Shown in pieces: positions 8,853-19,584 of a stretch of DNA of 64,000 bases. This stretch comes from a virus (taxonomy: Duplodnaviria; Caudoviricetes), in IMG/VR virus record IMGVR_UViG_3300035182_002389, positions 1 to 64,000 of that record; one strand, given 5' to 3'. The stretch's first letter is position 1; every line of letters starts with the position of its first letter. The notes beneath the pieces are model-generated. The model ran no database searches and was not told the origin of the DNA. It saw only the letters and a list, made by a program, of their open reading frames with translations. The translations under genes were made by a program, and so were the position numbers.

Positions 8853-11255
8853 ATGAGCAAGGCGAAAGCGGCGGGCGGCAAGGGCAAGACGGTCGTGGTG
8901 GAGGTCACCTCGGCGAAGATCGCGGACGCGCTCTACCTCGTGAGCCACCCGCTCCCCGAGGACGCGGTGAAGGCGGCGCCTCCGAAGCCGCCTCCGACGC
9001 ACCACATCGTCGTCGTCGACTGTTCGGGCTCGATGTACGGCGAGCTGCCGAAGCTGCGTGAGCAGCTCAAGAAGAAGCTGCCGAAGATGATCGGCGAGCA
9101 GGACACGTTCTCGTGCATCTGGTTCTCGGGCAAAGGCCAGTGCGGCGTGCTGCTCGAAGGCGAGAAGATCGGCAAAGCGACCGACCTTCAGACCGTCAAC
9201 AAGGTCATCGACAAGTACCTTCAGCCGATCGGGCTCACCGGCTTCAAGGAGCCGCTGGAGCTGGCCGCGGATCTGTGCGCGAAGCTTCTGAAACGCGATG
9301 AAGAATCGCGTGGGGGGCTGCGCACCCCCCACGCCCCCGCGCCACCTGCGGTGGGGCAAATGTTGGGGGAGGGGGCCGCCCCCCTCCCCCAAACCCCCTC
9401 TGCGTTCAGCCTGCTCTTCATGAGCGACGGCTGCGACAACCAGTGGCGCAAGGACGAGATCCTCACGGCGGTCGAGAGCGTCGGTGGCAAGGTGCAGGCG
9501 GCGACCTTCGTCGAGTACGGCTACTACGCCGATCGAGCCCTGCTCGCCGAGATGGCGGCGCGCTCCAGCGGCGCGCACATCTTCGCGGCCGACTTCGACG
9601 CGTTCGTCGTCGAGCTGGAGAAGAACCTCGGCAAGCACCCTTCGGGTCAGCCGCGTATCGACGTGCGCCTCGGCGGCGACGTCATCGGGGGGTTCGCCTT
9701 CGCGCTCGACGCGGGCGACGGCAAGACGTCGGGCGACGTGCTCGCGCTCGCCGCCAACGGCGAGACGGTCTACGTGCCCGACTCGATCAGGACCATCTGC
9801 TACCTGTCGCCGACGCCCGTCGGCACGGTCATCGAGACGCGCAACGATTTCAGCGCGCACTACGCCGCGCTCGGCCTCTACGCGACGCGCATGAAGAGCG
9901 ACGTCGTGTTCGCGATTCTGAAGGACCTCGCGGACGTCGACTTCATCGACAGCTACTGCAACTGTTTTGGCAAGCAGGCCTACTCGGCGTTCACCGCGCA
10001 GGCGAACGAGGCCGCGTTCGACGCGAAGAAGCGCTTCCTCAAGGGCCGTGACCCGAACCGCCTCCCGCGCGAGGACGCGTTCACGGTCGTCGAGCTGCTC
10101 GATCTGCTGAAAGAGAGCGGGAGCCGGCTGCTGCTCGACAGCGACGCCTTCGTCTACTCGAAGATCGGTCGGGCTCGCGTCGACACCGACCCGGACGCGC
10201 TGAAGTTCGAGCGCATCGCAAAGCCCGACGGCTACGTGATCCGCGGGCTCACGTGCAACCAGGAGCGCCCGAACGTGTCGGTGCTCGTGATCCGGGAGGG
10301 CACGGTCGACCTCACGAAGAAGAACCCGCCGGAGCAAGAGCCCGGCAAGATGGCCCTGCCGTCGCCGTTCCCCACGATCCAGTACAAGAACTACGCGATC
10401 GTGGAGGGAGGCCTCGTGAACGTGCGGTTCCTTCCCGCGCGCATCAAGGGAAAAACCTTCAAGGAGCTGCTCGCAGTCTACAAGGACGAGCGCCTGAAGT
10501 TCGGCGTCTTCTCGAACCTCGACCTGACCAAGCCTCCCGTCGTCGCCGACGACGCGGACCTCGACGTCACGTTCGATCTGCTCGCGATGCCGATGATGAA
10601 CCGCAAGAGCGTGAAGGAGACCAGCGCGGTCGACTACTTCACGCAGTGCTACGCGCTCATCGCCCAGAAGGCGCGCCAGAAGGTGTTCAACGCCTACGCC
10701 GAGGAGCTGCTGCCCGAGAAGATCGGCAACGAGGGCTTCGCCTTCATGTACGGCGAAACGGTCGCGGCGTTCCTCAAGAACGTCGGCATCGACCAGAAGA
10801 ATGGCCATCGCGCGCTGCACACGACCGGCGCGGTGAAGAGCGGCGACTTCTACATGGCAAAAAAGCTCGCGGGCGCCCTGAAGGGCCTCGGCACGCCGGC
10901 GAAGGCCTCCCTTCCGACCCTCGCGGAAGCGAAGGCGGGCAAGGGCGGCGCCGGCGGCAAGCTGATGAAGCCGATCGTCGACGAGGTGGAGAAGTTCCTC
11001 GCCTCGAACGCCTACAAGAAGTCCGCGAACCCGACCGCCGTGCTCACCGCGTGGCTCGATGCGGAACGTAAGGCCGCCATCGCCGCGACGCGGGCGGGGA
11101 TGCTGTCGCTCTCGAAGCTCACGTTCAACGTCATCGTCGGCCAGGTCTGGTTCTCGGAGTTCAAAGACTTGAGCGAAACGACCATGACGCTGAAGCTCGG
11201 CGGCGTCGACATCGCCTGCAACGCGAAGCTCGAAGAGGAAAAAATCGAGCTGTGA
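8853..11255 (+). CDS. von Willebrand factor A domain protein (800 aa)
   Basis: MIDAS DCSGSM, then T, and LFMSDG; long uncharacterised C-terminal region. Confidence 0.8.
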   Translation: MSKAKAAGGKGKTVVVEVTSAKIADALYLVSHPLPEDAVKAAPPKPPPTHHIVVVDCSGSMYGELPKLREQLKKKLPKMIGEQDTFSCIWFSGKGQCGVLLEGEKIGKATDLQTVNKVIDKYLQPIGLTGFKEPLELAADLCAKLLKRDEESRGGLRTPHAPAPPAVGQMLGEGAAPLPQTPSAFSLLFMSDGCDNQWRKDEILTAVESVGGKVQAATFVEYGYYADRALLAEMAARSSGAHIFAADFDAFVVELEKNLGKHPSGQPRIDVRLGGDVIGGFAFALDAGDGKTSGDVLALAANGETVYVPDSIRTICYLSPTPVGTVIETRNDFSAHYAALGLYATRMKSDVVFAILKDLADVDFIDSYCNCFGKQAYSAFTAQANEAAFDAKKRFLKGRDPNRLPREDAFTVVELLDLLKESGSRLLLDSDAFVYSKIGRARVDTDPDALKFERIAKPDGYVIRGLTCNQERPNVSVLVIREGTVDLTKKNPPEQEPGKMALPSPFPTIQYKNYAIVEGGLVNVRFLPARIKGKTFKELLAVYKDERLKFGVFSNLDLTKPPVVADDADLDVTFDLLAMPMMNRKSVKETSAVDYFTQCYALIAQKARQKVFNAYAEELLPEKIGNEGFAFMYGETVAAFLKNVGIDQKNGHRALHTTGAVKSGDFYMAKKLAGALKGLGTPAKASLPTLAEAKAGKGGAGGKLMKPIVDEVEKFLASNAYKKSANPTAVLTAWLDAERKAAIAATRAGMLSLSKLTFNVIVGQVWFSEFKDLSETTMTLKLGGVDIACNAKLEEEKIEL
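9309..9398 (+). repeat. Family B-related palindromic element, 90 nt, in-frame in the vWA gene
   Basis: ggggggctgcgcacccccc / ccacctgcggtgg / gggggagggggc..cccctccccc hairpins; encodes RGGLRTPH...PLPQTP just before the SDG strand. Confidence 0.85.
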
Positions 11256-11257
11256 GC

Positions 11258-11376
11258 AGGAGTCTGAGGGCGCGCTGAGCGCCCTCAGCGGGGGTTCGGG
11301 GGCAGAGCCCCCCGACAGAAGATGCAACGGCACGTTGCCTCGGGAGGGTTCGGGAGGGGCGAGCAGCCCCTCCCGG
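11258..11376 (+). repeat. Family B palindromic element, intergenic
   Basis: Directly after the vWA stop; near-identical to 3700 and 3993. Confidence 0.9.
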
Positions 11377-11556
11377 GCGAAAGATAGGGTGCCCAAGTGA
11401 GCGTCGACAACGAAGACGATGAGGACGCGGATTTCAGCAAGAAGCGTGGCGAGCCTCTCGCGTTCTCGGAAGAGGACATGGACGCTCGTAAAGAACCGGG
11501 CTTCGTCGCTCAACGTGTCGACGCCGCTGCGGACAAAGGCGCGAGCGGCAGGTGGG

Positions 11557-11955
11557 GTGAGCAAGAGCATGGGCTTCACCCAGCAAAACCTCGGCAACGC
11601 ACGGAGGGCCACGGGCGTGAGCGAAGAGGCGCTCGTCGCCGGCGCGGCCGACCAGGGAGGCGGCGAGCTGAGCGAGGAGGTCCAGGCGACGCTCAAGCGC
11701 ATGGGCCGGCGCGCCGCGAACGAGAGCAAGCGCAAGGAGAAGCTTCGCGAGAAGGTCGAAGAGGCCGTCAAGGAAGTGCTCCGAGCGGCCGACGCGCGTT
11801 CTCGCGAACTCTCCGCGCGCTCCGGCATGGGCAGCATGACCGTCACCGACAGCATGACGCAGGCGATGCGGGCGATGGCCGAGACGATGGGCATCCTCGC
11901 CGACGAGGTGCTCGGCAAGCGCTGGGCGCTCGAAGACCCGCCCGAACCGAAGTAG
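11557..11955 (+). CDS. hypothetical alpha-helical protein (start uncertain)
   Basis: Coding-like from VSKSMGFTQQ onward. Confidence 0.5.
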   Translation: MSKSMGFTQQNLGNARRATGVSEEALVAGAADQGGGELSEEVQATLKRMGRRAANESKRKEKLREKVEEAVKEVLRAADARSRELSARSGMGSMTVTDSMTQAMRAMAETMGILADEVLGKRWALEDPPEPK

Positions 11956-12005
11956 GCATCTGGCGGCTACCCAACGAAGTTCTGACGTTTCAACAGGAGA
12001 TTCCG

Positions 12006-12515
12006 ATGACCGACGCAGCCGAGACGATCGAGACGACTTCCGAGCAGACCAACGGCAAGAAGAGCACGGCGCACGACGCCTTGCGCGAGAAGGTTCGCGA
12101 GCTGTCCGTGCGCACGCGCGGCCTCAACGATCTCATCGCGCTCGCGGAGACCGAGGACGCCGCGCAGAAGGCCGAGATCGATCGGCTGCGCCTCATCGCC
12201 GACCAGAACGACGGGCTGCGCTCGCAGGCCGAGACCCTCAGCGCCGAACTGAAGGCCAACAAGGCCGACAAGAGCGCCGGGGCGAAGGCCGAGATGCAGA
12301 AGTCCGTGCTCAACGAGGAGCGTCGCTCGGGCCGCCAAGAGGTCATCGACGCCATCAAGACGCTCATCACCGCGCACCAGGAGAAGGTCCGCGAGGCCGT
12401 CGCTCTGCGCAGCGACCGCAACACCGACCGCTCGATCGCCCAGAAGGCCAACGCCGACGAGCGCGCCTTCATGCTGAAGGTCGAGACCCTGGAGGAGCTT
12501 CTCCGCTCGCTCTGA
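12006..12515 (+). CDS. coiled-coil protein
   Basis: AGGAG RBS; heptad-rich. Confidence 0.7.
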   Translation: MTDAAETIETTSEQTNGKKSTAHDALREKVRELSVRTRGLNDLIALAETEDAAQKAEIDRLRLIADQNDGLRSQAETLSAELKANKADKSAGAKAEMQKSVLNEERRSGRQEVIDAIKTLITAHQEKVREAVALRSDRNTDRSIAQKANADERAFMLKVETLEELLRSL

Positions 12516-12549
12516 CCGCGACGCGACCTCGACCACGGAGACACGACCT

Positions 12550-13083
12550 ATGCGCCCCGCCGAGTCCCTCTCGAAGCTCCTCGATGCCCTTCACCGCAAG
12601 CTGCGCGCTGTTCAGCGCGTGAGCTTGGGGCGTCATCTGCCTCGCGGGGTTACGCTCGGCGAGGCGAAGGTCGTGCGCGCGGTCGAGCGCGTCGGCAACT
12701 CGGGCGTCTCCGTCATCGCGCAGTACCTCGATCTCTCGCACCCCTCGGCCGCGAGCCTCATTGGCAAGCTGCGCGAACGCGGCCTCATCGCGATCCAGCA
12801 AGCGGGCGCCGCCGATGGGCGCAAGAAGCGCCTGCGGCTCACGGTGAAGGGTGCCGAGGTCGAAGAAGCCCAGGCGACCGCCGAGCGCGAGGCGGCCGAG
12901 ATGCTGCTCTCCGCGCTCAACAAGGAGGAACAGATCGCGTTCGTCCTGTTGCTCGAAAAGGTCGTCGCCGGCAAGGACGGGTTCCTCACGCCCGAGCAGA
13001 AGGACGCCGCGCCGAAGACCAAACCCATGAGCTTCTCGGCGGGCCCGCCGCCTGCCCCACGCGCCTCCTCGGCAGGAGCCTAG
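12550..13083 (+). CDS. MarR-family winged-helix regulator
   Basis: GVSVIAQYLDLSHPSAASLIGKLRERGLI...DGRKKRLRLTVKG. Confidence 0.8.
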   Translation: MRPAESLSKLLDALHRKLRAVQRVSLGRHLPRGVTLGEAKVVRAVERVGNSGVSVIAQYLDLSHPSAASLIGKLRERGLIAIQQAGAADGRKKRLRLTVKGAEVEEAQATAEREAAEMLLSALNKEEQIAFVLLLEKVVAGKDGFLTPEQKDAAPKTKPMSFSAGPPPAPRASSAGA

Positions 13084-13492
13084 ATGTCCGACTTGCCGCA
13101 AGCCACGACCCTCGCGGGAGGGATCTTCGATGCGCCCGAGGTCCGTGCCGCGATCAAGGCCGCCATCGTCAAGAACGTCGAGCCGGCCGAAGTGTGGGGC
13201 GACCCCGCCTACGATCCCGAGTTCGGCGGGTGGGTGGCCGTCGTCGCCGTCACGCCCACGGGGCCGCTGGTTCGGGCAGGGTTTCGCCTGAGCCTCGCGA
13301 GCGCGAAGTCGGAGCCCCTCGGATGACCGGCGCAGCCTCGAAGTACGGACACGAGCACGTCTGCTACGCGTGCGAGCTGTCGTTCGACAAAGAGATCGAG
13401 CGGCTGACCGAAGAGCGCGACGCGGCCATCCTCCGCGCCGAACGCGCCGAAAAGGCGCTGAAGACCTACCTCGACGAGCTGCGGAGCAAACC

Positions 13493-13771
13493 ATGATCGC
13501 CGTTTACAAATACGTCCTCGCCGAGACGGACGACCAGACGATCCTCATGCCCAAGGGCGCGAAGATCCTGAGCGTCGGCGCGCAGCGAGACCTCATCTGC
13601 CTCTGGGCGCTCATCAACGACGGAGAACCGATGATGGGCCATCGCTTCTACATCGTCGGCACGGGCTACCCGGCCTCGCACGTGGTCAGGTCGACGTTCC
13701 TCGGCACGGTCTCTCTGCACAACGCGGAGCTGATCTTTCAGGTCTTCCAGGACAACGCGGTGAACAAGTGA
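13493..13771 (+). CDS. conserved phage hypothetical protein
   Basis: MPKGAKILSVGAQ...LWAL...VGTG pattern common in phage ORFs. Confidence 0.6.
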   Translation: MIAVYKYVLAETDDQTILMPKGAKILSVGAQRDLICLWALINDGEPMMGHRFYIVGTGYPASHVVRSTFLGTVSLHNAELIFQVFQDNAVNK

Positions 13772-15174
13772 CTTCTCTCAAAGAGACCGTCGTGAAGGCA
13801 GGCGCGGCGCACTACGTGCTACCGAAGACGGGCGACATGAAGGTCGAGGCGCACGCGTTCCTCTCGGAGCCGCTGTTCGAGGCCTCCGAAGAGAACGTCT
13901 GGACGCAGATCGCGACCGGCGCCTCGTTCGACACCGTCACGGGCGCGTACCTGATGCCCGATTGTCACTCCGGCTACGGCGTGCCCATCGGCTCGGTCAT
14001 CGTGACCGACAATGTCATCATCCAGGGCGGCTCGGGTTACGACATCTCGTGCGGCGTCCTCTACATGAAGGCGTCCATGAAGGCGCATCAGGTCGCGGAC
14101 CGCGTGAAGCGGCGCACGTGGATCTCGGAGATCGAGCGCCGCATCTCCATGGGCAAGGGAAGCCACCGGGCCGACATGATGCCCTCTTTCACGACGGACA
14201 AGGCGCAGGAGATCCTCCGCTATGGAGCGAAAGCGCTCGGCGTCGACGAGATGCTCTGCGAGCGGCAGTACATCCCCGTCGCGGAGGGCTACGACCTCGG
14301 CAGCATCGAGCGCGCGGCCAAGCTCGTGCAGCCGCAGCTCGGGAGCGTCGGCGGCGGCAACCATTTCATCGAGATGCAGTGCGACAAGGAGACCGGCGAG
14401 GTCTTCATCATGATCCACTGCGGCAGCCGCGGGTACGGCTGGCAGACCGCGAACCACTTCTTCCACGAGGGCGCGAAGGTGCGTGGCCTGCCCGACAACC
14501 GTCGCGAGGACTCGTGGCTCTACGCCGACGAGCCGCTCGGCAAGGCGTATTGGGCCCACCACAACAGCGCCGCGAACTTCGCCGTCGCAAACCGTCACAT
14601 CATCGTCGACGGCGTGAGCCAGGCGACGCGCGTGGTCTTCGGCGGCGAGGTCGAGGTCTACTACGAGATCAGCCACAACCTCGTGCAAGAGGAGACGCTG
14701 GCGCTCCCCGACGGCGCAACCAAGCGCGGGTTCGTGCACAGAAAAGGCGCAACGCGGGCGTTCCCCGCGGGCCACCCCGACCTCGCGGGCACGCGTTGGG
14801 CGGAGACCGGCCACCCGTGTCTCATTCCCGGCTCGATGTACGAGGGCGCGGCCATCCTGTTTCCCTTGCAGGGCGCGTACAAGACCGGCTGCTCGGTCAA
14901 CCACGGCTCGGGACGGATCCTCGGACGCAAGGAGGCCCAGCGCCAGCTTGGGAGCAAGCAGGCCGACATCAACGAGGAGATGGCCACGGTCAAGCGCACG
15001 TTCAACGGCGTGCCCATCGAGGGCATCCTCTCGAACCACCGCCAGATCCCCCTCGACGAGTGCGCTCACGTTTATAAGGATTTGGACGCTGTCCTCGACG
15101 TGCTCAAGGTTGAGGGCATCGCGCGCGTGAAGAACCGCCTCTACCCGATCGCGAATCTGAAGGGCGCGGACTGA
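13768..15174 (+). CDS. rtcB: RtcB-family RNA ligase
   Basis: MPDCHSGYGVPIG, GYDISCG, GSVGGGNHFIE, IHCGSRG, HNL, HRKGAT, IPGSM, NHGSGR, DECAHVYKD. Confidence 0.93.
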   Translation: MTSLKETVVKAGAAHYVLPKTGDMKVEAHAFLSEPLFEASEENVWTQIATGASFDTVTGAYLMPDCHSGYGVPIGSVIVTDNVIIQGGSGYDISCGVLYMKASMKAHQVADRVKRRTWISEIERRISMGKGSHRADMMPSFTTDKAQEILRYGAKALGVDEMLCERQYIPVAEGYDLGSIERAAKLVQPQLGSVGGGNHFIEMQCDKETGEVFIMIHCGSRGYGWQTANHFFHEGAKVRGLPDNRREDSWLYADEPLGKAYWAHHNSAANFAVANRHIIVDGVSQATRVVFGGEVEVYYEISHNLVQEETLALPDGATKRGFVHRKGATRAFPAGHPDLAGTRWAETGHPCLIPGSMYEGAAILFPLQGAYKTGCSVNHGSGRILGRKEAQRQLGSKQADINEEMATVKRTFNGVPIEGILSNHRQIPLDECAHVYKDLDAVLDVLKVEGIARVKNRLYPIANLKGAD

Positions 15175-15475
15175 CCATGTGCGATCCACTTCGGTTGTCG
15201 ACGAGGCAGATGCGCGCGGCGACAAGGCGCTGCGCGGCGAAACCCACGAGTCGGAACCTGCGGACGCTTTTGAAGTGGTATCTGCGCTGCTGCAACGCAT
15301 GGACGAGGGTTCACCAGCCCTACCTTCCCGACCATCGTCAGGGCGTTTCTCGAAGTGTTCGTCACGACGGCAAGAAAGCGTTCAATCTCTCGGCGGCTCG
15401 GCAATTTGTCGAAGCGATGAATCGCACGCGTCAACAAGAGGCTCCGACCTGTCGCGAATCTGAAGGAGCGAACTG

Positions 15476-16066
15476 ATGGAGTCGCCTCCCTACTGGATGG
15501 TCTTCGACGTCGAAGCGGTCGGCCTGCACGGCGAAGGCTTTGCCGTCGGTTACGTGGTCATCGACACCAAGACCGGCGAAGAGGTCGACAGCGGCATCGC
15601 CATCGCGCACGAAGACCTCTCGCCGGGCCTGCCCGACGACAGGGACTGGATCAAGAAGAACGTCGTGCCCGCGCTCGAAACGTACGTGCCTCGGGTGCGC
15701 GCATCAAAACCCGTCGCCACGATGACGGCGCCCGACGTGCGCCTGTTCTTCTGGGAGCTGTGGCGCTTCTGGCGAGCCCAAGGCGCCTGGCTCGCGGCCG
15801 ACGTCGCCTGGCCCGTCGAAGCACGCTTCCTCGCCGCCTGCGTCGATGAGAGTCGAGGGCGCGCCGAGAAGGGCCCCTACCCCCTCATCGACATCGCTTC
15901 GGTGCGTTTCGGCGCCGGGCTCGACCCTCTCGCGCACGAAGACCGCTGGCCGACCGAGCTGCCCGCCCACAACCCCCTCGCGGACGCGAGGCAGTCGGCC
16001 CGCCTGCTCCTCAAGGCCCTCGCGAGCGGTAAGACCTGTGAAGACGGAGCCGACGATGCCCGATGA
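15476..16066 (+). CDS. DEDD 3'-5' exonuclease
   Basis: FDVE, D, HNPLADA motifs. Confidence 0.75.
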   Translation: MESPPYWMVFDVEAVGLHGEGFAVGYVVIDTKTGEEVDSGIAIAHEDLSPGLPDDRDWIKKNVVPALETYVPRVRASKPVATMTAPDVRLFFWELWRFWRAQGAWLAADVAWPVEARFLAACVDESRGRAEKGPYPLIDIASVRFGAGLDPLAHEDRWPTELPAHNPLADARQSARLLLKALASGKTCEDGADDAR

Positions 16067-16460
16067 GAAGTCCGACACGGTCTGGAGCTACGCGGACAGC
16101 GAGCACGCCGAAAGTCTCGACGGCGACTGCAAGACGCCTGAAGAAGCGATTGCCGAAGCACATCGCGAGTACGAGGGTCGCGAGTTCTGGCTGTACGAGT
16201 GCCGGCGCTGCGACGTGCGCGAGTTCGTCCCCGACCCGTCGGACATCATCGAGATCATGCGCGAGCGCGCGTGCGACGTCGCAGGCGACGCGGCGGAGGA
16301 CTTCCCCGACGTCAGCGACGCGGCGGCGAGCGAACTCGAAGGGCTCCTCGACGCGTGGGCCGAGAGGCACTGCAAAGCGCAGTTCTGGACCCACAGCGGG
16401 TGCGCCGACGCCGAGTACATCGCCGTCGACGATCCGCGCAGGTTTCCGAAGGAGTCGTGA
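16056..16460 (+). CDS. hypothetical acidic protein
   Basis: GGAG RBS; coding-like. Confidence 0.6.
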   Translation: MPDEKSDTVWSYADSEHAESLDGDCKTPEEAIAEAHREYEGREFWLYECRRCDVREFVPDPSDIIEIMRERACDVAGDAAEDFPDVSDAAASELEGLLDAWAERHCKAQFWTHSGCADAEYIAVDDPRRFPKES

Positions 16461-16620
16461 GCGAGCCGTCAAGCCGCCCTCACATGCTCCGCCTGGAATC
16501 TGCGTCTGATTCCACGCCCCCACCACCGGCCCCCTCGGGCGCCCCCGCGGCCTCCGCATTCGACTGTGAGCGCGAGGATGAGGCTGTGCATGCCCTCTGC
16601 CCCAAGGCTTGCCCGTTAGA

Positions 16621-16648
16621 TTGACACGTAATGAACCTCGTGTATTAT
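16621..16648 (+). promoter_or_regulatory. sigma70 promoter, probably leaderless for the gene at 16657
   Basis: TTGACA-16-TATTAT, 8 nt before ATG. Confidence 0.65.
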
Positions 16649-16656
16649 CTGCCCAC

Positions 16657-16980
16657 ATGAAGACCGTCGAGCTGACGCGCGAGAGCTTGCGAACCCTCCT
16701 CGACGACGAAGCGCACGAGAGCGCCCAGGTCACCGACCTGCAATCGCAGCTCACGCGTCACGTCCTCGAAGCCCGCACGATGCGCGAGGAGCTTCAGAAG
16801 GCCCGCGAACATGTCGACACGATGGAGGGCGTCATCCAAGACCAGTCGCGCCACATCGAGGGCCTTCGCGCGCTCGTGATGGAGCTGGGCAAGGAGGGGA
16901 AGGTCACGATCAAGCAGCTCGTCATCCTCTCCGAACGCCTCGGTGTCCACCTCTCGTTCATCGCCCGCAAGGCTCGCTAG
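16657..16980 (+). CDS. coiled-coil protein with C-terminal HTH-like segment
   Basis: VTIKQLVILSERLGVHL resembles an XRE C-terminal helix. Confidence 0.6.
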   Translation: MKTVELTRESLRTLLDDEAHESAQVTDLQSQLTRHVLEARTMREELQKAREHVDTMEGVIQDQSRHIEGLRALVMELGKEGKVTIKQLVILSERLGVHLSFIARKAR

Positions 16981-16987
16981 GAGATCG

Positions 16988-17878
16988 ATGAAGACCTTCC
17001 GCATCTACGCCCACGCCTCGACGGCCATCACGATGTACGTGCATGCGCCGAACGAAGACCTCGCGCTCGGCAGGGCGCGCGAGCGGCTCGCGGTCGACCT
17101 CTCGCCCACGCAGTACCGAACGGTGAGCCAGCCGACGGCGATCGGCGCGTGGGAGGCCGAACGGTTCGGCGTGAAGGAGCCGCGCGAGGTCGCCGACGGT
17201 CGCAAGCTTCGCGTGGGCGAGGTCGAATACTGCCGGATGCGCAGCTACGACGTCGGCTACGACATCGACGCGTTCCACGGCATTCAGTGGCGCCACATCG
17301 TCGACGATTCGGTGGCGCTGTGCCGGACCAACTCGCTCTGGGGCTCGGGCGGCACGATCGACGCGGACGTCAGGATCAGTTGCCCGTTCTGCCTCGACAT
17401 CCTGCACGCGGAGATGCGCTACCCGCATCCCGAGCTGATGGCCTACTACCGCCGCATGGGCAACCGCGCGGTCGCGGAGCTGTCGCCGGAGAGCGTGACG
17501 GGCAAGGTCTCGCTCCTGGTCAACGGCGTCGAGATCAAGAGCGTCTTTCGCACCGAAGGCTTGAACCCGAGCGTCTACGACGAGGCCTTCGGCGTCGCCT
17601 ACGGGCAGCTCCGTACGCTGTGCGAGACCATCAACAAAGCGGAAGCTCCTACCCCCGTCGAGCCCTCTCGCCCGCGCAAGGAGCTGCCCCTCGCGCGAGA
17701 CGACAACGCTCTGCGCGCGACGTACATCGCCCTGCGCTTGCAGATGGAGAACGCCGAGTCCGAAGGCCAGTTTGTCGCGCGCGACGTGCTCGCCGAGCGC
17801 CTCGCCGCCGTGGCAAAGGAGCTGACCGTGCCGATGCGTGAGGACGTCGAAGCCTACTTCGACCGAGACGACGAATGA
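16988..17878 (+). CDS. hypothetical protein
   Basis: AGGAG RBS; long ORF. Confidence 0.65.
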   Translation: MKTFRIYAHASTAITMYVHAPNEDLALGRARERLAVDLSPTQYRTVSQPTAIGAWEAERFGVKEPREVADGRKLRVGEVEYCRMRSYDVGYDIDAFHGIQWRHIVDDSVALCRTNSLWGSGGTIDADVRISCPFCLDILHAEMRYPHPELMAYYRRMGNRAVAELSPESVTGKVSLLVNGVEIKSVFRTEGLNPSVYDEAFGVAYGQLRTLCETINKAEAPTPVEPSRPRKELPLARDDNALRATYIALRLQMENAESEGQFVARDVLAERLAAVAKELTVPMREDVEAYFDRDDE

Positions 17879-18456
17879 ACGCCATCCACGAGTTCGGCTA
17901 CTTCAACGAGAAGGACGGCCTCTTCCTCCGGTACACGAACGACCGATGCCTCATCGTTCGGCGTAACGAAGGCGTCGACTGCGCGCTCGAAGAGCTGCCG
18001 CATCCGCCGGCGAGAAACGATCAGGTCGGCATGACCACGTGCCTCAGCGGCTGGTCGAACATGTTCCTCTGGCTCGGGCGGATCCAAGCACGCCGGAAGG
18101 AGAAGCGATGAGCGACAAGGGCGTCGGTGGACCCTCGCAGTCCGACCAAGAGATCCTGGAGAACGCGCAGAAGTGGGATCTGCTCGCGCGCGTCGTCGGC
18201 TACAACGAGCTGGTGAAGACGGCCGAGACCCTTGGCGAGAAGATGTACCTGCGCCTCGCGCGCGACAGCGCGCTCGCGAAGTACGCGTCGCTTGGCGGGC
18301 AGTTCGACGTCGAGCAGGACGAGCCCGTCCTCATCGTGCAGACGCGCCCGCCCTTTCTCGTGCTCTCCGACGACGACATGAAGCTGATGCGCGAAGCCGT
18401 CGCGGCCCACGACGAGCGCGTGGCTTCTCGCAAGTCGACGGAGTAATCTCTTTGCC

Positions 18457-19578
18457 ATGAAGGGCTCCGAGTTCGTCGCCACCGTCAAGAACGTCCGAGG
18501 CCCGCAGCTCTCGCGCATGGCCTTGCAAGCCATGTTCGACGAGGAGACGCCGAACTTCCTCGACGAGCGTCGCGAGTGCTTCACCGAGGCCATCATCGAC
18601 GGCGGCTACTACCGCTGCGACTACGAGGTGATGCCGAACTACCTCGCCATCGGCACCGACGACGATTTCGTCACCTGGCCGCTGTCGATCGTCGACCTGC
18701 AAGAATACTGCGACCGCGCGCCGATCGCGTGGACGGGCGCGGGCGGCGGCACGGTCAACGAGTGGTTCATCCCGCCAAAAAAGATCGTCTTCACGACGTG
18801 GGTCTTCAGCGACTGCAAGATCGTCCCCCAGGCGTTCGGCGCCATGGCGACGATGACCTGGCCCGAGACCATCCTCGCCGAGCAGGAGCGGATCAACGGC
18901 GCGATGGAACGCAATGGGTGTCTGCTTCGCGCGTTCGTGCGCGCGAAGAAGGCCTACATCACGGCGCCGAACGTGAAGACGGAAGGCGGCCCGAACGGCA
19001 ACGGCACGCTGCACTTCACCGGCTGGTACAGCTTCGATCCCATCATCCCCGAGGAGCGTACGGTCGGCACGCTCGACGGCAAGCTCGTGTACGCGGTGCA
19101 AGCGGGCGATGAGATCGGCGGCAAGATCGGCCACGAGCCCGAATACTTCGACTACTCGCACGGCTGCGACCTCGTCTACCACGAGGTCCTGATCAACGGA
19201 GAGCGGTTCACCTTCGACGAGGTGTGCAGCCATCCAAAGCTGTGCGTGCTCGTCTCGGACCAAGGCCCCTTCAACCCGCGCTACCCGAACGTCGGCGTGA
19301 GCGTTCCGCCGGCGCGCAAGACCTCGCGGATGCCCGCAGCGGCGCAAGTGCCCGCCGGCGCAAAGCCTCCCACGTTCGTGACCAAGGGCGGCGTCGCGAC
19401 GCTCGTCACGCCCGGGACCATCGGGCCGCACGTGGCGATGGACGTTTCGCCGTCGCAGGCCGCGCCCGTCGCCCTTGCGCCGACCGGCATGAGCGGCTCG
19501 ACGAAGCTCGCGATCGTGCTCGCGGCAGGGATCACCGGCTACGCGGCCTGGTACTTCTACAAGACGAGGGCGAGGTAG
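18457..19578 (+). CDS. conserved hypothetical protein with C-terminal membrane anchor, possibly envelope-active
   Basis: C-terminal LAIVLAAGITGYAAWYFY TM; H..EYFDYSHG core; TAATCT 7 nt before ATG. Confidence 0.6.
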   Translation: MKGSEFVATVKNVRGPQLSRMALQAMFDEETPNFLDERRECFTEAIIDGGYYRCDYEVMPNYLAIGTDDDFVTWPLSIVDLQEYCDRAPIAWTGAGGGTVNEWFIPPKKIVFTTWVFSDCKIVPQAFGAMATMTWPETILAEQERINGAMERNGCLLRAFVRAKKAYITAPNVKTEGGPNGNGTLHFTGWYSFDPIIPEERTVGTLDGKLVYAVQAGDEIGGKIGHEPEYFDYSHGCDLVYHEVLINGERFTFDEVCSHPKLCVLVSDQGPFNPRYPNVGVSVPPARKTSRMPAAAQVPAGAKPPTFVTKGGVATLVTPGTIGPHVAMDVSPSQAAPVALAPTGMSGSTKLAIVLAAGITGYAAWYFYKTRAR

Positions 19579-19584
19579 AGGATC

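Noticed and set aside
11397-11560. Possible +1 frameshift joining MSVDNEDD... to the ORF at 11557
   Set aside because: No stimulatory structure; it falls at a GGGG run and could be an indel error or a simple overlap with a separate GTG start. Needs reads.
8784-11918. 1044-aa minus-strand ORF, and similar long antisense ORFs such as 13819-15300, 18331-20247, 22490-24256 and 61312-63873
   Set aside because: Shadow frames of real + strand genes, caused by high GC3 codon bias; no motifs or RBS support.
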